Assembly (NCBI GenBank): GCA_964016885.1
Contig: OZ024744.1
Location: forward strand, 122,822,001-122,886,000
Direction of reading: 5' to 3'
Source: Eledone cirrhosa
Taxonomy: Eukaryota
Length of the DNA: 64,000 nucleotides
Both the position numbers and the translations under genes were made by a program. Within the stretch, counting starts at the first letter, position 1, and the number at the start of each line of letters is the position of its first letter. Below are positions 1 through 13,740 of this stretch, piece by piece. Under the pieces are notes generated by a model. It was given only the letters and a program-made list of their open reading frames with translations. It searched no databases and was not told the origin of the DNA.

Positions 1-3000
1 AGTAACAACAACAGTAACAACAACAGTAACAACAACAACAGTAACAACAACATTAACAACAACAGAAATAACAACATTAACAACAACAGTAACAACAGCA
101 GTAACAACAACAGTAACAACAACAACAACAACAGTAACAACAACAACAACAGTAACAACAACAACAACAGTAACAACAACAGTAACAACAACAACAGTAA
201 CAACAACAGTAACAACAAGAACAGTAACAACAACAGTAACAACAACAGTAACAACAACAGTAACAACAACAGTAACAACAACAGTAACAACAACAGTAAC
301 AACAATAACAGTAACGACAACAGTAACAACAACAGTAACAACAACAACAGTAACAACAACCCTAACAACAACAACAGTAACAACAACAGTAACAACAACA
401 GTAACAACAACAGTAACAACAACAACAGTAACAACAATAGTAACAACAACAGTAACAACAACAGTAACAACAACAGTAACAACAACAATAGTAACAACAA
501 CAATAGTAACAACAACAGTAACAACAACAGTAACAACAATAGTAACAACAACAGTAACAACAACAGTAACAACAACAATAATAACAACAACAGTAACAAC
601 AACAGTAACAACAACAGTAACAACAACAGTAACAACAACAGTAACAACAACAACAGTAACAACAACAGTAACAACAACAGTAACAACAACAGTAACAACA
701 ACAGTAACAACAACAACAGTAACAACAACAGTAACAACAACAGAAACAACAACAGTAACAACACAACAGTAACAACAACAGTAACAACAACAGTAACGAC
801 ATCAACAGTAACAACAACAGTAACAACAACAGTAACAACAACAGTAACAACAACAGTAACAACAACAACAGTAACAACAACAGTAACAACAACAGTAACA
901 ACAACAGTAACAACAACAACAGTAACAACAACAGTAACAACAACAGTGACAACAACAACAGTAACAACAACAGTAACAACAACAGTAACAACAACAGTAA
1001 CAACAATAGTAACAACAACAGTAACAACAACAGTAACAACAACAGTAACAACAATAGTAACAACAACAGTAACAACAACAGTAACAACAACAGTAACAAC
1101 AATAGTAACAACTTATAGTAACAACAACAGTAACAACAACAGAAACAACAACAGTAACAACATCAACAGTAACAACAACAACAGTAACAACAACAACAGT
1201 AACAACAACATTAACAACAACAGTAACAACAACAACAGTAACAACAACAGTAACAACAACAACAGTAACAACAACAGTAACAACAACAACAGTAACAACA
1301 ACAGTAACAACAACAGTAACAACAACAGTAACAACAACAACAGTAACAACAACAGTAACAACAACAACACTAACAACAACAGTAACAACAACAGTAACAA
1401 CAACAACAGTAACAACAGCAGTAACAACAACCACAGTAACAACAACAGTAACAACAACAACAGTAACAACAATAGTAACAACAATAGTAACAACAATAGT
1501 AACAACAACAGTAACAACAACAGTAACAACAACAGTAACAACAACAGTAACAACAACAACAGTAACAACAACAGTAACAACAACAACAGTAACAACAACA
1601 GTAACAACAACAGTAACAACAACAGTAACAACAACAACAGTAACAACAACAGTAACAACAACAACAACAGTAACAACAACAATAACAACAACAACAGTAA
1701 CAACAACAGTAACAACAACAACAGTAACAACAACAGTAACAACAACAGTAACAACAACAGTAACAACAACAACAGCAACAACAACAGTAACAACAACAGT
1801 AACAACAACAGTAACAACAACAGTAACAACAACAGTAACAACAACAGCAACAACAACAGTAACAATAACAATAGTAACAACAACAGTAACAACAACAGTA
1901 ACAACAACAGTAACAACAACAGTAACAACAACAGTAACAACAACAACAACAACAGTAACAACAACAGTAACAACAACAGTAACAATAACAGCAACAACAA
2001 CAGTAACAACAACAGCAACAACAACAGCAACAACAACAGTAACAACAACAGTAACAACAACAGTAACAACAACAACAGTAACAACAATAGTAACAACAAC
2101 AGTAACAACAACAATAGTAACAACAATAGTAACAATAACTAACAACAACAACAGTAACAACAACAGTAACAACAACAACAGTATCAACAACAACAGTAAC
2201 AACAACAACAGTAACAACAACAGTAACAACAACAGTAACAACAATAGTAACAACAACAGTAACAACAACAATACTAACAACAATAGTAACAACAACAGTA
2301 ACAACAACAACAGTAACAACAACAGTAACAACAACAACAGTATCAACAACAACAGTAACAACAACAACAGTAACAACAACAGTAACAACAATAGTAACAA
2401 CAACAGTAACAACAACAATAGTAACAACAATAGTAACAACAACAACAGTAACAACAACAGTAACAACAACAGTAACAACAACAACAGTAACAACAACAGT
2501 AACAACAACAGTAACAACAACAACAGTAACAACAACAGCAGTAACAACTATAGTAACAACAAAAGTAACAACAACAACAGAAACAACAACAGAAACAACA
2601 ACAACAACAGTAACAACAACAGTAACAACAACAACAACAGTAACAACAACAACAGTAACAACAACAGAAACAACAAGAACAGTAACAAGAACAGTAACAA
2701 GAACAGTAACAACAACAGTAACAACAACAGTAACAACAACAGTATCAACAACAGTAACAACAACAGTAACAACAACAGTAACAACAACAGTAACAACAAC
2801 AGTAACAACAACAGTAACAACAATAGTAACAACTTATAGTAACAACAACAGAAACAACAACAGTAACAACAACAACAGTAACAACAACAACAGTAACAAC
2901 CACAGTAACAACAACAACAGTAACAACAACAGTAACAACAACAGTAACAACAACAACAGTAACAACAACAGTAACAACAACAGTAACAACAACAGTAACA

Positions 3001-6000
3001 ACAACAGGAACAACAACAACAGTAACAACAACAGTAACAACAACAGTAACAACAACAGTAACAACAACAGTAACAACAACAACAGTAACAACAACAGTAA
3101 CAACAACAGTAACAACAACAGTAACAACAACAGTAACAACAACAACAGTAACAACAACAGTAACAACAACAGTAACAACAACAGTAACAACAACAGTAAC
3201 AACAACAACAGTAACAACAACAGTAACAACAACAGTAACAACAACAGTAACAACAACAACAGTAACAACAACAGTAACAACAATACCAACAACAACAGTA
3301 ACAACAACAACAGTAACAACAACAGTAACAACAACAGTAACAACAACAGTAACAACAACAACAGTAACAACAACAGTAACAACAACAGTAACAACAACAG
3401 TAACAACAACAACAGTAACAACAACAGTAACAACAACAGTGACAACAACAACAGTAACAACAACAGTAACAACAACAGTAACAACAACAGTAACAACAAC
3501 AGTAACAACAACAGTAACAACAACAGCAACAACAACAGTAACAATAACAATAGTAACAACAACAGTAACAACAACAGTAACAACAACAGTAACAACAACA
3601 GTAACAACAACAACAACAACAGTAACAACAACAGTAACAACAACAGTAACAACAACAGCAACAACAACAGCAACAACAACAGTAACAACAACAACAGCAA
3701 CAACAACAGCAACAACAACAGCAACAACAACAGTAACAACAACAACAGTAACAACAACAGTAACAACAACAACAGTAACAACAACAGCAGTAACAACAAC
3801 AGTAACAACAACAGTAACAACAACAGTAACAACAATAGTAACAACAACAGTAACAACAACAACAGTAACAACAATAGTAACAACAACAGTAACAACAACA
3901 ATAGTAACAACAATAGTAACAATAACTAACAACAACAACAGTAACAACAACAGTAACAACAACAACAGTATCAACAACAACAGTAACAACAACAACAGTA
4001 ACAACAACAGTAACAACAACAGTAACGACAATAGTAACAACAACAGTAACAACAACAATAGTAACAACAATAGTAACAACAACAGTAACAACAACAACAG
4101 TAACAACAACAGTAACAACAACAGTAACAACAACAGTAACAACACAACAGTAACAACAACAGTAACAACAACAGTAACAACATCAACAGTAACAACAACA
4201 GTAACAACAACAGTAACAACAACAGTAACAACAACAGTAACAACAACAACAGTAACAACAACAGTAACAACAACAGTAACAACAACAGTAACAACAACAA
4301 CAGTAACAACAACAGTAACAACAACAGTGACAACAACAACAGTAACAACAACAGTAACAACAACAGTAACAACAACAGTAGCAACAATAGTAACAACAAC
4401 AGTAACAACAACAGTAACAACAACAGTAACAACAATAGTAACAACAACAGTAACAACAACAGTAACAACAACAGTAACAACAATAGTAACAACTTATAGT
4501 AACAACAACAGTAACAACAACAGAAACAACAACAGTAACAACATCAACAGTAACAACAACAACAGTAACAACAATAACAGTAACAACAACAGTAACAACA
4601 ACAGTAACAACAACAGTAACAACAACAGTAACAACAACAACAGTAACAACAACAGTAACAACAACAACAGTAACAACAACAGTAACAACAACAACAGTAA
4701 CAACAACAGTAACAACAACAGTAACAACAACAGTAACAACAACAACAGTAACAACAACAGTAACAACAACAGTAACAACAACAGTAACAACAACAACAGT
4801 AACAACAACAGTAACAACAACAACAGTAACAACAACAGTAACAACAACAGTAACAACAACAACAGTAACAACAGCAGTAACAACAACAACAGTAACAACA
4901 ACCAACAGTAACAACAACAACAGTAACAACAATAGTAACAACAATAGTAACAACAACAGTAACAACAACAGTAACAACAACAGTAACAACAACAGTAACA
5001 ACAACAGTAACAACAACAACAGTAACAACAACAGTAACAACAACAGTAACAACAACAGTAACAACAACAACAGTAACAACAACAGTAACAACAACAACAA
5101 CAGTAACAACAACAATAACGACAACAACAGTAACAACAACAGTAACAACAACAACAGTAAGAACAACAGTAACAACAACAGTAACAACAACAGTAACAAC
5201 AACAACAGCAACAACAACAGTAACAACAACAGTAACAACAACAGTAACAACACAACAGTAACAACAACAGTAACAACAACAGTAACAACATCAACAGTAA
5301 CAACAACAGTAACAACAACAGTAACAACAACAGTAACAACAACAGTAACAACAACAACAGTAACAACAACAGTAACAACAACAGTAACAACAACAGTAAC
5401 AACAACAGTAACAACAACAGTAACAACAACAGTAACAACAACAGCAACAACAACAGTAACAATAACAATAGTAACAACAACAGTAACAACAACAGTAACA
5501 ACAACAGTAACAACAACAGTAACAACAACAACAACAACAGTAACAACAACAGTAACAACAACAGTAACAACAACAGCAACAACAACAGCAACAACAACAG
5601 TAACAACAACAACAGCAACAACAACAGCAACAACAACAGCAACAACAACAGTAACAACAACAACAGTAACAACAACAGTAACAACAACAACAGTAACAAC
5701 AACAGCAGTAACAACAACAGTAACAACAACAGTAACAACAACAGTAACAACAATAGTAACAACAACAGTAACAACAACAACAGTAACAACAATAGTAACA
5801 ACAACAGTAACAACAACAATAGTAACAACAATAGTAACAATAACTAACAACAACAACAGTAACAACAACAGTAACAACAACAACAGTATCAACAACAACA
5901 GTAACAACAACAACAGTAACAACAACAGTAACAACAACAGTAACGACAATAGTAACAACAACAGTAACAACAACAATAGTAACAACAATAGTAACAACAA

Positions 6001-9000
6001 CAGTAACAACAACAACAGTAACAACAACAGTAACAACAACAGTAACAACAACAGTAACAACACAACAGTAACAACAACAGTAACAACAACAGTAACAACA
6101 TCAACAGTAACAACAACAGTAACAACAACAGTAACAACAACAGTAACAACAACAGTAACAACAACAACAGTAACAACAACAGTAACAACAACAGTAACAA
6201 CAACAGTAACAACAACAACAGTAACAACAACAGTAACAACAACAGTGACAACAACAACAGTAACAACAACAGTAACAACAACAGTAACAACAACAGTAAC
6301 AACAATAGTAACAACAACAGTAACAACAACAGTAACAACAACAGTAACAACAATAGTAACAACAACAGTAACAACAACAGTAACAACAACAGTAACAACA
6401 ATAGTAACAACTTATAGTAACAACAACAGTAACAACAACAGAAACAACAACAGTAACAACATCAACAGTAACAACAACAACAGTAACAACAATAACAGTA
6501 ACAACAACAGTAACAACAACAGTAACAACAACAGTAACAACAACAGTAACAACAACAACAGTAACAACAACAGTAACAACAACAACAGTAACAACAACAG
6601 TAACAACAACAACAGTAACAACAACAGTAACAACAACAGTAACAACAACAGTAACAACAACAACAGTAACAACAACAGTAACAACAACAGTAACAACAAC
6701 AGTAACAACAACAACAGTAACAACAACAGTAACAACAACAACAGTAACAACAACAGTAACAACAACAGTAACAACAACAACAGTAACAACAGCAGTAACA
6801 ACAACAACAGTAACAACAACAGTAACAACAACAACAGTAACAACAATAGTAACAACAATAGTAACAACAACAGTAACAACAACAGTAACAACAACAGTAA
6901 CAACAACAGTAACAACAACAACAGTAACAACAACAGTAACAACAACAACAGTAACAACAACAGTAACAACAACAGTAACAACAACAGTAACAACAACAAC
7001 AGTAACAACAACAGTAACAACAACAACAACAGTAACAACAACAATAACGACAACAACAGTAACAACAACAGTAACAACAACAACAGTAAGAACAACAGTA
7101 ACAACAACAGTAACAACAACAGTAACAACAACAACAGCAACAACAACAGTAACAACAACAGTAACAACAACAGTAACAACAACAGTAACAACAACAGTAA
7201 CAACAACAGCAACAACAACAGTAACAATAACAATAGTAACAACAACAGTAACAACAACAGTAACAACAACAGTAACAACAACAGTAACAACAACAACAAC
7301 AACAGTAACAACAACAGTAACAACAACAGTAACAATAACAGCAACAACAACAGTAACAACAACAGCAACAACAACAGCAACAACAACAGTAACAACAACA
7401 GTAACAACAACAGTAACAACAACAACAGTAACAACAATAGTAACAACAACAGTAACAACAACAATAGTAACAACAATAGTAACAACAATAGTAACAATAA
7501 CTAACAACAACAACAGTAACAACAACAGTAACAACAACAACAGTATCAACAACAACAGTAACAACAACAACAGTAACAACAACAGTAACAACAACAGTAA
7601 CAACAATAGTAACAACAACAGTAACAACAACAATACTAACAACAATAGTAACAACAACAGTAACAACAACAACAGTAACAACAACAGTAACAACAACAAC
7701 AGTATCAACAACAACAGTAACAACAACAACAGTAACAACAACAGTAACAACAATAGTAACAACAACAGTAACAACAACAATAGTAACAACAATAGTAACA
7801 ACAACAACAGTAACAACAACAGTAACAACAACAGTAACAACAACAACAGTAACAACAACAGTAACAACAACAGTAACAACAACAACAGTAACAACAACAG
7901 CAGTAACAACTATAGTAACAACAAAAGTAACAACAACAACAGAAACAACAACAGAAACAACAACAACAACAGTAACAACAACAGTAACAACAACAACAAC
8001 AGTAACAACAACAACAGTAACAACAACAGAAACAACAAGAACAGTAACAAGAACAGTAACAAGAACAGTAACAACAACAGTAACAACAACAGTAACAACA
8101 ACAGTAACAACAACAGTAACAACAACAGTAACAACAACAGTAACAACAACAGTAACAACAACAGTAACAACAATAGTAACAACTTATAGTAACAACAACA
8201 GAAACAACAACAGTAACAACAACAACAGTAACAACAACAACAGTAACAACCACAGTAACAACAACAACAGTAACAACAACAGTAACAACAACAGTAACAA
8301 CAACAGTAACAACAACAACAGTAACAACAACAGTAACAACAACAGTAACAACAACAGTAACAACAACAGGAACAACAACAACAGTAACAACAACAGTAAC
8401 AACAACAGTAACAACAACAGTAAATACAACAACAGTAACAACAACAGTAACAACAACAGTAACAACAACAGTAACAACAACAACAGTAACAACAACAGTA
8501 ACAACAACAGTAACAACAACAACAGTAACAACAACAGTAACAACAACAACAGTAACAACAACAGTAACAACAACAGTAACAACAACAGTAACAACAACAA
8601 CAGTAACAACAACAGTAACAACAATACCAACAACAACAGTAACAACAACAACAGTAACAACAACAGTAACAACAACAGTAACAACAACAGTAACAACAAC
8701 AACAGTAACAACAACAGTAACAACAACAGTAACAACAACAGTAACAACAACAACAGTAACAACAACAGTAACAACAACAGTGACAACAACAACAGTAACA
8801 ACAACAGTAACAACAACAGTAACAACAACAGTAACAACAACAGTAACAACAACAGTAACAACAACAGCAACAACAACAGTAACAATAACAATAGTAACAA
8901 CAACAGTAACAACAACAGTAACAACAACAGTAACAACAACAGTAACAACAACAACAACAACAGTAACAACAACAGTAACAACAACAGTAACAACAACAGC

Positions 9001-12000
9001 AACAACAACAGCAACAACAACAGTAACAACAACAACAGCAACAACAACAGCAACAACAACAGCAACAACAACAGTAACAACAACAACAGTAACAACAACA
9101 GTAACAACAACAACAGTAACAACAACAGCAGTAACAACAACAGTAACAACAACAGTAACAACAACAGTAACAACAATAGTAACAACAACAGTAACAACAA
9201 CAACAGTAACAACAATAGTAACAACAACAGTAACAACAACAATAGTAACAACAATAGTAACAATAACTAACAACAACAACAGTAACAACAACAGTAACAA
9301 CAACAACAGTATCAACAACAACAGTAACAACAACAACAGTAACAACAACAGTAACAACAACAGTAACGACAATAGTAACAACAACAGTAACAACAACAAT
9401 AGTAACAACAACAGTAACAACAACAGTAACAACAACAACAGTAACAACAACAGTAACAACAACAACAGTATCAACAACAACAGTAACAACAACAACAGTA
9501 ACAACAACAATAGTAACAACAATAGTAACAACAACAGTAACAACAACAACAGTAATAACAACAGTAACAACAACAGTAACAACAACAGTAACAACAACAA
9601 CAGTAACAACAACAGTAACAACAACAGTAACAACAACGACAGTAACAACAACAGCAGTAACAACAATAGTAACAACTATAGTAACAACAAAAGTAACAAC
9701 AACAACAGAAACAACAACAGAAACAACAACAACAACAGTAACAACAACAGTAACAACAACAACAGTAACAACAACAGAAACAACAAGAACAGTAACAACA
9801 ACAGTAACAACAACAGTAACAACAACAGTAACAACAGCAGTAACAACAACAACAGTAACAACAACAGTAACAACAAGAACAGTAACAACAACAGTAACAA
9901 CAACAACAACAACAGTAACAACAACAGTAACAACAACAGTAACACCAACAGTAACAACAACAACAACAGTAAAAACAACAGTAACAACAACAGTAACAAC
10001 AACAACAGTAACAACAACAGTAACAACAACAACAGTAACAACAACAGTAACAACAACAGTAACAACAGCTGTAACAACAACAGTAACAACAACAGTAACA
10101 ACAACAGTAACAACAACAACAGTAACAACAACAGTAACAACAGTAACAACAACAACAGTAACAATAACAACAACAGTAACAACAACAGTAACAACAGAAA
10201 CAACAACAACAGTAACAACAACAGTAACAACAGCAGTAACAACAACAGTAACAACAACAGTAACAACAACAGTAGCAACAACAACAGTAACAACAACAGT
10301 AACAACAGTAACAACAACAGTAACAACAACAACAACAGTAACAACAACAGGAACAACAACAACAGTAACAACAACAGTAACAACAACAGTAACAACAACA
10401 GTAACAACAACAGTAACAACAACAGTAACAACAGCAGTAACAACAAGAGTAACAACAACAACAACAGTAACAACAACAGTAACAACAACAACAACAGTAA
10501 CAACAACAGGAACAACAACAGTAACAACAACAGTAACAACAACAGTAACAACAACAGTAACAACAACAGTAACAACAACAACAACAGTAACAACAACAGT
10601 AACAACAACAGTAACAACAACAGTAACAACAACAGTAACAACAACAGTAACAACAACAGTAACAACAACAGTAACAACAATAGTAACAACAACAGTAACA
10701 ACAACAACAGTAACAACAATAGTAACAACAACAGTAACAACAACAGTAACAACAACAGTAACAACAACAGTAACAACAACAGTAACAACAACAGTAACAA
10801 CAACAACAACAGTAACAACAATAGTAACAACAACAGTAACAACAACAGTAACAACAACAGTAACAACAACAGTAACAACAACAACAGTAACAACCACAGT
10901 AACAACAACAGTAACAACAACAGTAACAACAATAGTAACAACAACAACAGTAACAACAACAACAGTAACAACAACAGTAACAACAACAGTAACAACAACA
11001 ACAGTAACAACAACAGTAACAACAACAGTAACAACAACAATAGTAACAACAATAGTAACAACAACAGTAACAACAACAGTAACAACAACAGTAACAACAA
11101 CAGTAACAACAACAGTAACAACAACAATAGTAACAACAATAGTAACAACAACAGTAACAACAACAGTAACAACAACAGTAACAACAACAGTAACAACAAC
11201 AGTAACAACAATAGTAACAACAACAACAACAGTAACAACAACAACAGTAACAACAACAGTAACAACAACAGAAACAACAACAACAGTAACAACAATAGTA
11301 ACAACAACAGAAACAACAACAACAGTAACAACAACAGTAACAACAACAGAAACAACAACAACAGTAACAACAACAGTAACAACAACAGAAACAACAACAA
11401 CAGTAACAACAACAGTAACAACAACAGAAACAACAACAACAGTAACAACAACAACAGTAACAACAATAGTAATAACAACAGTAACAACAACAACAGTAAC
11501 AACAATAGTAACAACAACAGTAACAACAACAGTAACAACAACAGTAACAACAACAGTAACAACAACAGTAACAACAACAGAATCAACAACAACAGTAACA
11601 ACAATAGTAATAACAACAGTAACAACAACAACAGTAACAACAACAGTAACAACAACAGTAACAACAACAGTAACAACAACAGTAACAACAACAGTAACAA
11701 CAACAGTAACAACAACAACAGTAACAACAACAGTAACAACAACAGAAACAACAACAACAGTAACAACAACAGTAACAACAACAGAAACAACAACAACAGT
11801 AACAACAACAGTAACAACAACAGTAACAACAACAACAGTAACAACAACAACAGTAACAACAACAGTAACAACAACAGTAACAACAACAGTAACAACAACA
11901 GTAACAACAACAGTAACAACAACAGTAACAACAACAGTAACAACAACAACAGTAACAACAACAGTAACAACAACAGTAACAACAACAACAGTAACAACAA

Positions 12001-12684
12001 CAACAGTAACAACAACAGTAACAACAACAGTAACAACAACAGTAACAACAACAGTAACAACAACAGTAACAACAACAGTAACAACAACAACAGTAACAAC
12101 AACAACAGTAACAACAACAGTAACAACAACAGTAACAACAATAGTAACAACAACAGTAACAACAACAACAGTAACAACAACAACAGTAACAACAACAGTA
12201 ACAACAACAGTAACAACAACAGTAACAACAACAGTAACAACAACAACAGTAACAACAACAGTAACAACAACAGTAACAACAATAGTAACAACAACAGTAA
12301 CAACAACAGTAACAACAACAGTAACAACAACAGTAACAACAATAGTAACAACAACAATAGTAACAACAACAGTAACAACAACAACAACAGTAACAACAAC
12401 AGTAACAACAACAGTAACAACAACAGTAACAACAATAGTAACAACAATAGTAACAACAACAGTAACAACAACAGTAACAACAACAGTAACAACAATAGTA
12501 ACAACAACAACAGTAACAACAACAGTAACAACAACAGTAACAACAGTAACAACAACAGTAACAACAACAGTAACAACAATAGTAACAACAACAATAGTAA
12601 CAACAATAGTAACAACAACAACAGTAACAACAATAGTAACAACAACAACAACAACAACAGTAACAACAACAACAGTAGCAACAG
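1..12684. repeat. Cryptic trinucleotide-based satellite (AGT[AAC]3-4)n, mostly 12- and 15-bp units, with higher-order duplications
   Basis: Continuous AGTAACAACAAC / AGTAACAACAACAAC units with variants (AAT, AGC, AGA, ATC). Rare landmarks ACTTATAGT (~1111, 2832, 4492, 6410, 8182) and AATAACTAAC (~2134, 3921, 5839, 7496, 9262) recur. Runs off the left edge. Confidence 0.98.
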
Positions 12685-13124
12685 TGAATGGGCCTTCTCT
12701 GTATATAATCCTGTAGGTTGAGGAAGATAAACAGGGAAGACAGGAACACCTACAAAACATGTTCCTGGTGTTGAGGGTTGTTCTATATACGGGGTGTAAA
12801 ACAACCCAATTGTAACGTTGTAAGCTTTCGGTTATTTATTATTTGGGGGCTTTGGCAGTATCGGTAGAGGGTCGGAGGTTATGCTTTGTAACATTGAGTT
12901 ATGGCCCTTTATGGTGTGAGTTCAAATCCCGTCGAAGTTAACTTTGCCTTTCATCCTTACGGGGTCGATAAAATAAAGTACCAGTAATACACTGGGGTAT
13001 TTGCTGGCCTTGTGCCAAAAGTAGAAAAAAATTATTTTATAACAGTTAAAACCTTTTTACACTTAAATGTAAAGTCTTGTGCACCCTTGTAGCAAATAAA
13101 GAAATCTATCTATCTATCTATCTA
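12682..13124 (+). mobile_element. Tx1/L1-clade LINE A: extreme 3' fragment (end of ORF2 + 3' UTR + (TATC)n tail), interrupted by a SINE
   Basis: GTGAATGGGCCTTCTCTGTATATAATCCTGTAG matches the ORF2 ends at 21512-21544 and 29180-29212. AATAAA at 13095-13100, then TCTATCTATCTATCTATCTA. Confidence 0.9.
12845..13035 (+). mobile_element. tRNA-derived SINE inside the 3' UTR of LINE A
   Basis: A-box-like TGGCAGTATCGG (12853-12864), B-box GAGTTCAAATCC (12918-12929). Body (TTTGCCTTTCATCCTTACGGGGTCGATAAAATAAAGTACCAG...GGCCTTGTGCCAAAAGTAGAAA) is shared with the copies at 21728, 39341 and 45563. Confidence 0.88.
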
Positions 13125-13740
13125 GCTATTCGGCTATGTCGAACGACTGCTGTCACGGGTGGGACTTATCCGGTTCGACCACCGAAGCCATTGTAACGAT
13201 TAAGCCCCCCTCCCCGCTTCAAAAATGAAGGAGAGGCGGTGTTTCTGTGCGTAATAGCCATGCTGAAAGAAGTTGTATGGTTGACGCGTCTGAAAGGACT
13301 GAGGTCAGACACCTTTCTCTCTGGCCAACAACTGATCCGTTTCTTCCGATATCATTTCGGAAGAAGGATCAGGATGGAGAGAGAGATGCTCAACCCCAGT
13401 CGTTTTTATGAAAGGTGGGTGAAAGTGGCGAGAATGGCCCGTGTGAATGGGCCTTCTCTCTACATCAGCCTGTAGGTGGAAAAGAGGAAGGAACGAGGGA
13501 GCACCCTCTCTCTGTCCTCCTGAGGAGAAGGGTTGCACACTTTTTTCGGGGGTGTGTGCGACCCCCCAAAACGCCCCCTCCCTATTGAGGACTTTATTGT
13601 TAATTTTATATTTGTTATTTGTTTTCTTTACTCGCCTTTTTGTGTAGACTCCCCCCTTGTATTTATCCCCTTCTTTTGCGCCCTAGTGGCAATAAATAGA
13701 AATATTCATAGAAATATTCATCTATTTATTTATCTATCTC
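13125..13740 (+). mobile_element. Tx1/L1-clade LINE B, 5'-truncated (ORF2 C-terminus + 3' UTR)
   Basis: ORF 13239-13475 ends ...ERWVKVARMARVNGPSLYISL*, homologous to the intact ORF2 end. AATAAA at ~13691 and a TATC-like tail. Confidence 0.92.

Noticed and set aside
1-12684. Telomeric repeat or CRISPR array
   Set aside because: Unit length is irregular, there is no TTAGGG/TTAGG-like motif, and there are no unique spacers or cas genes.
362-12804. Very long poly-L, V/T, C/Y, T/V and N/S ORFs (e.g. 8780-12721, 7910-12760)
   Set aside because: Automatic translations of a stop-poor triplet satellite. Frames switch at 1-nt indels and there are no non-repetitive domains.
12845-12935. tRNA gene
   Set aside because: A and B boxes are present but I see no cloverleaf, and the sequence continues into a repeated SINE body and tail.
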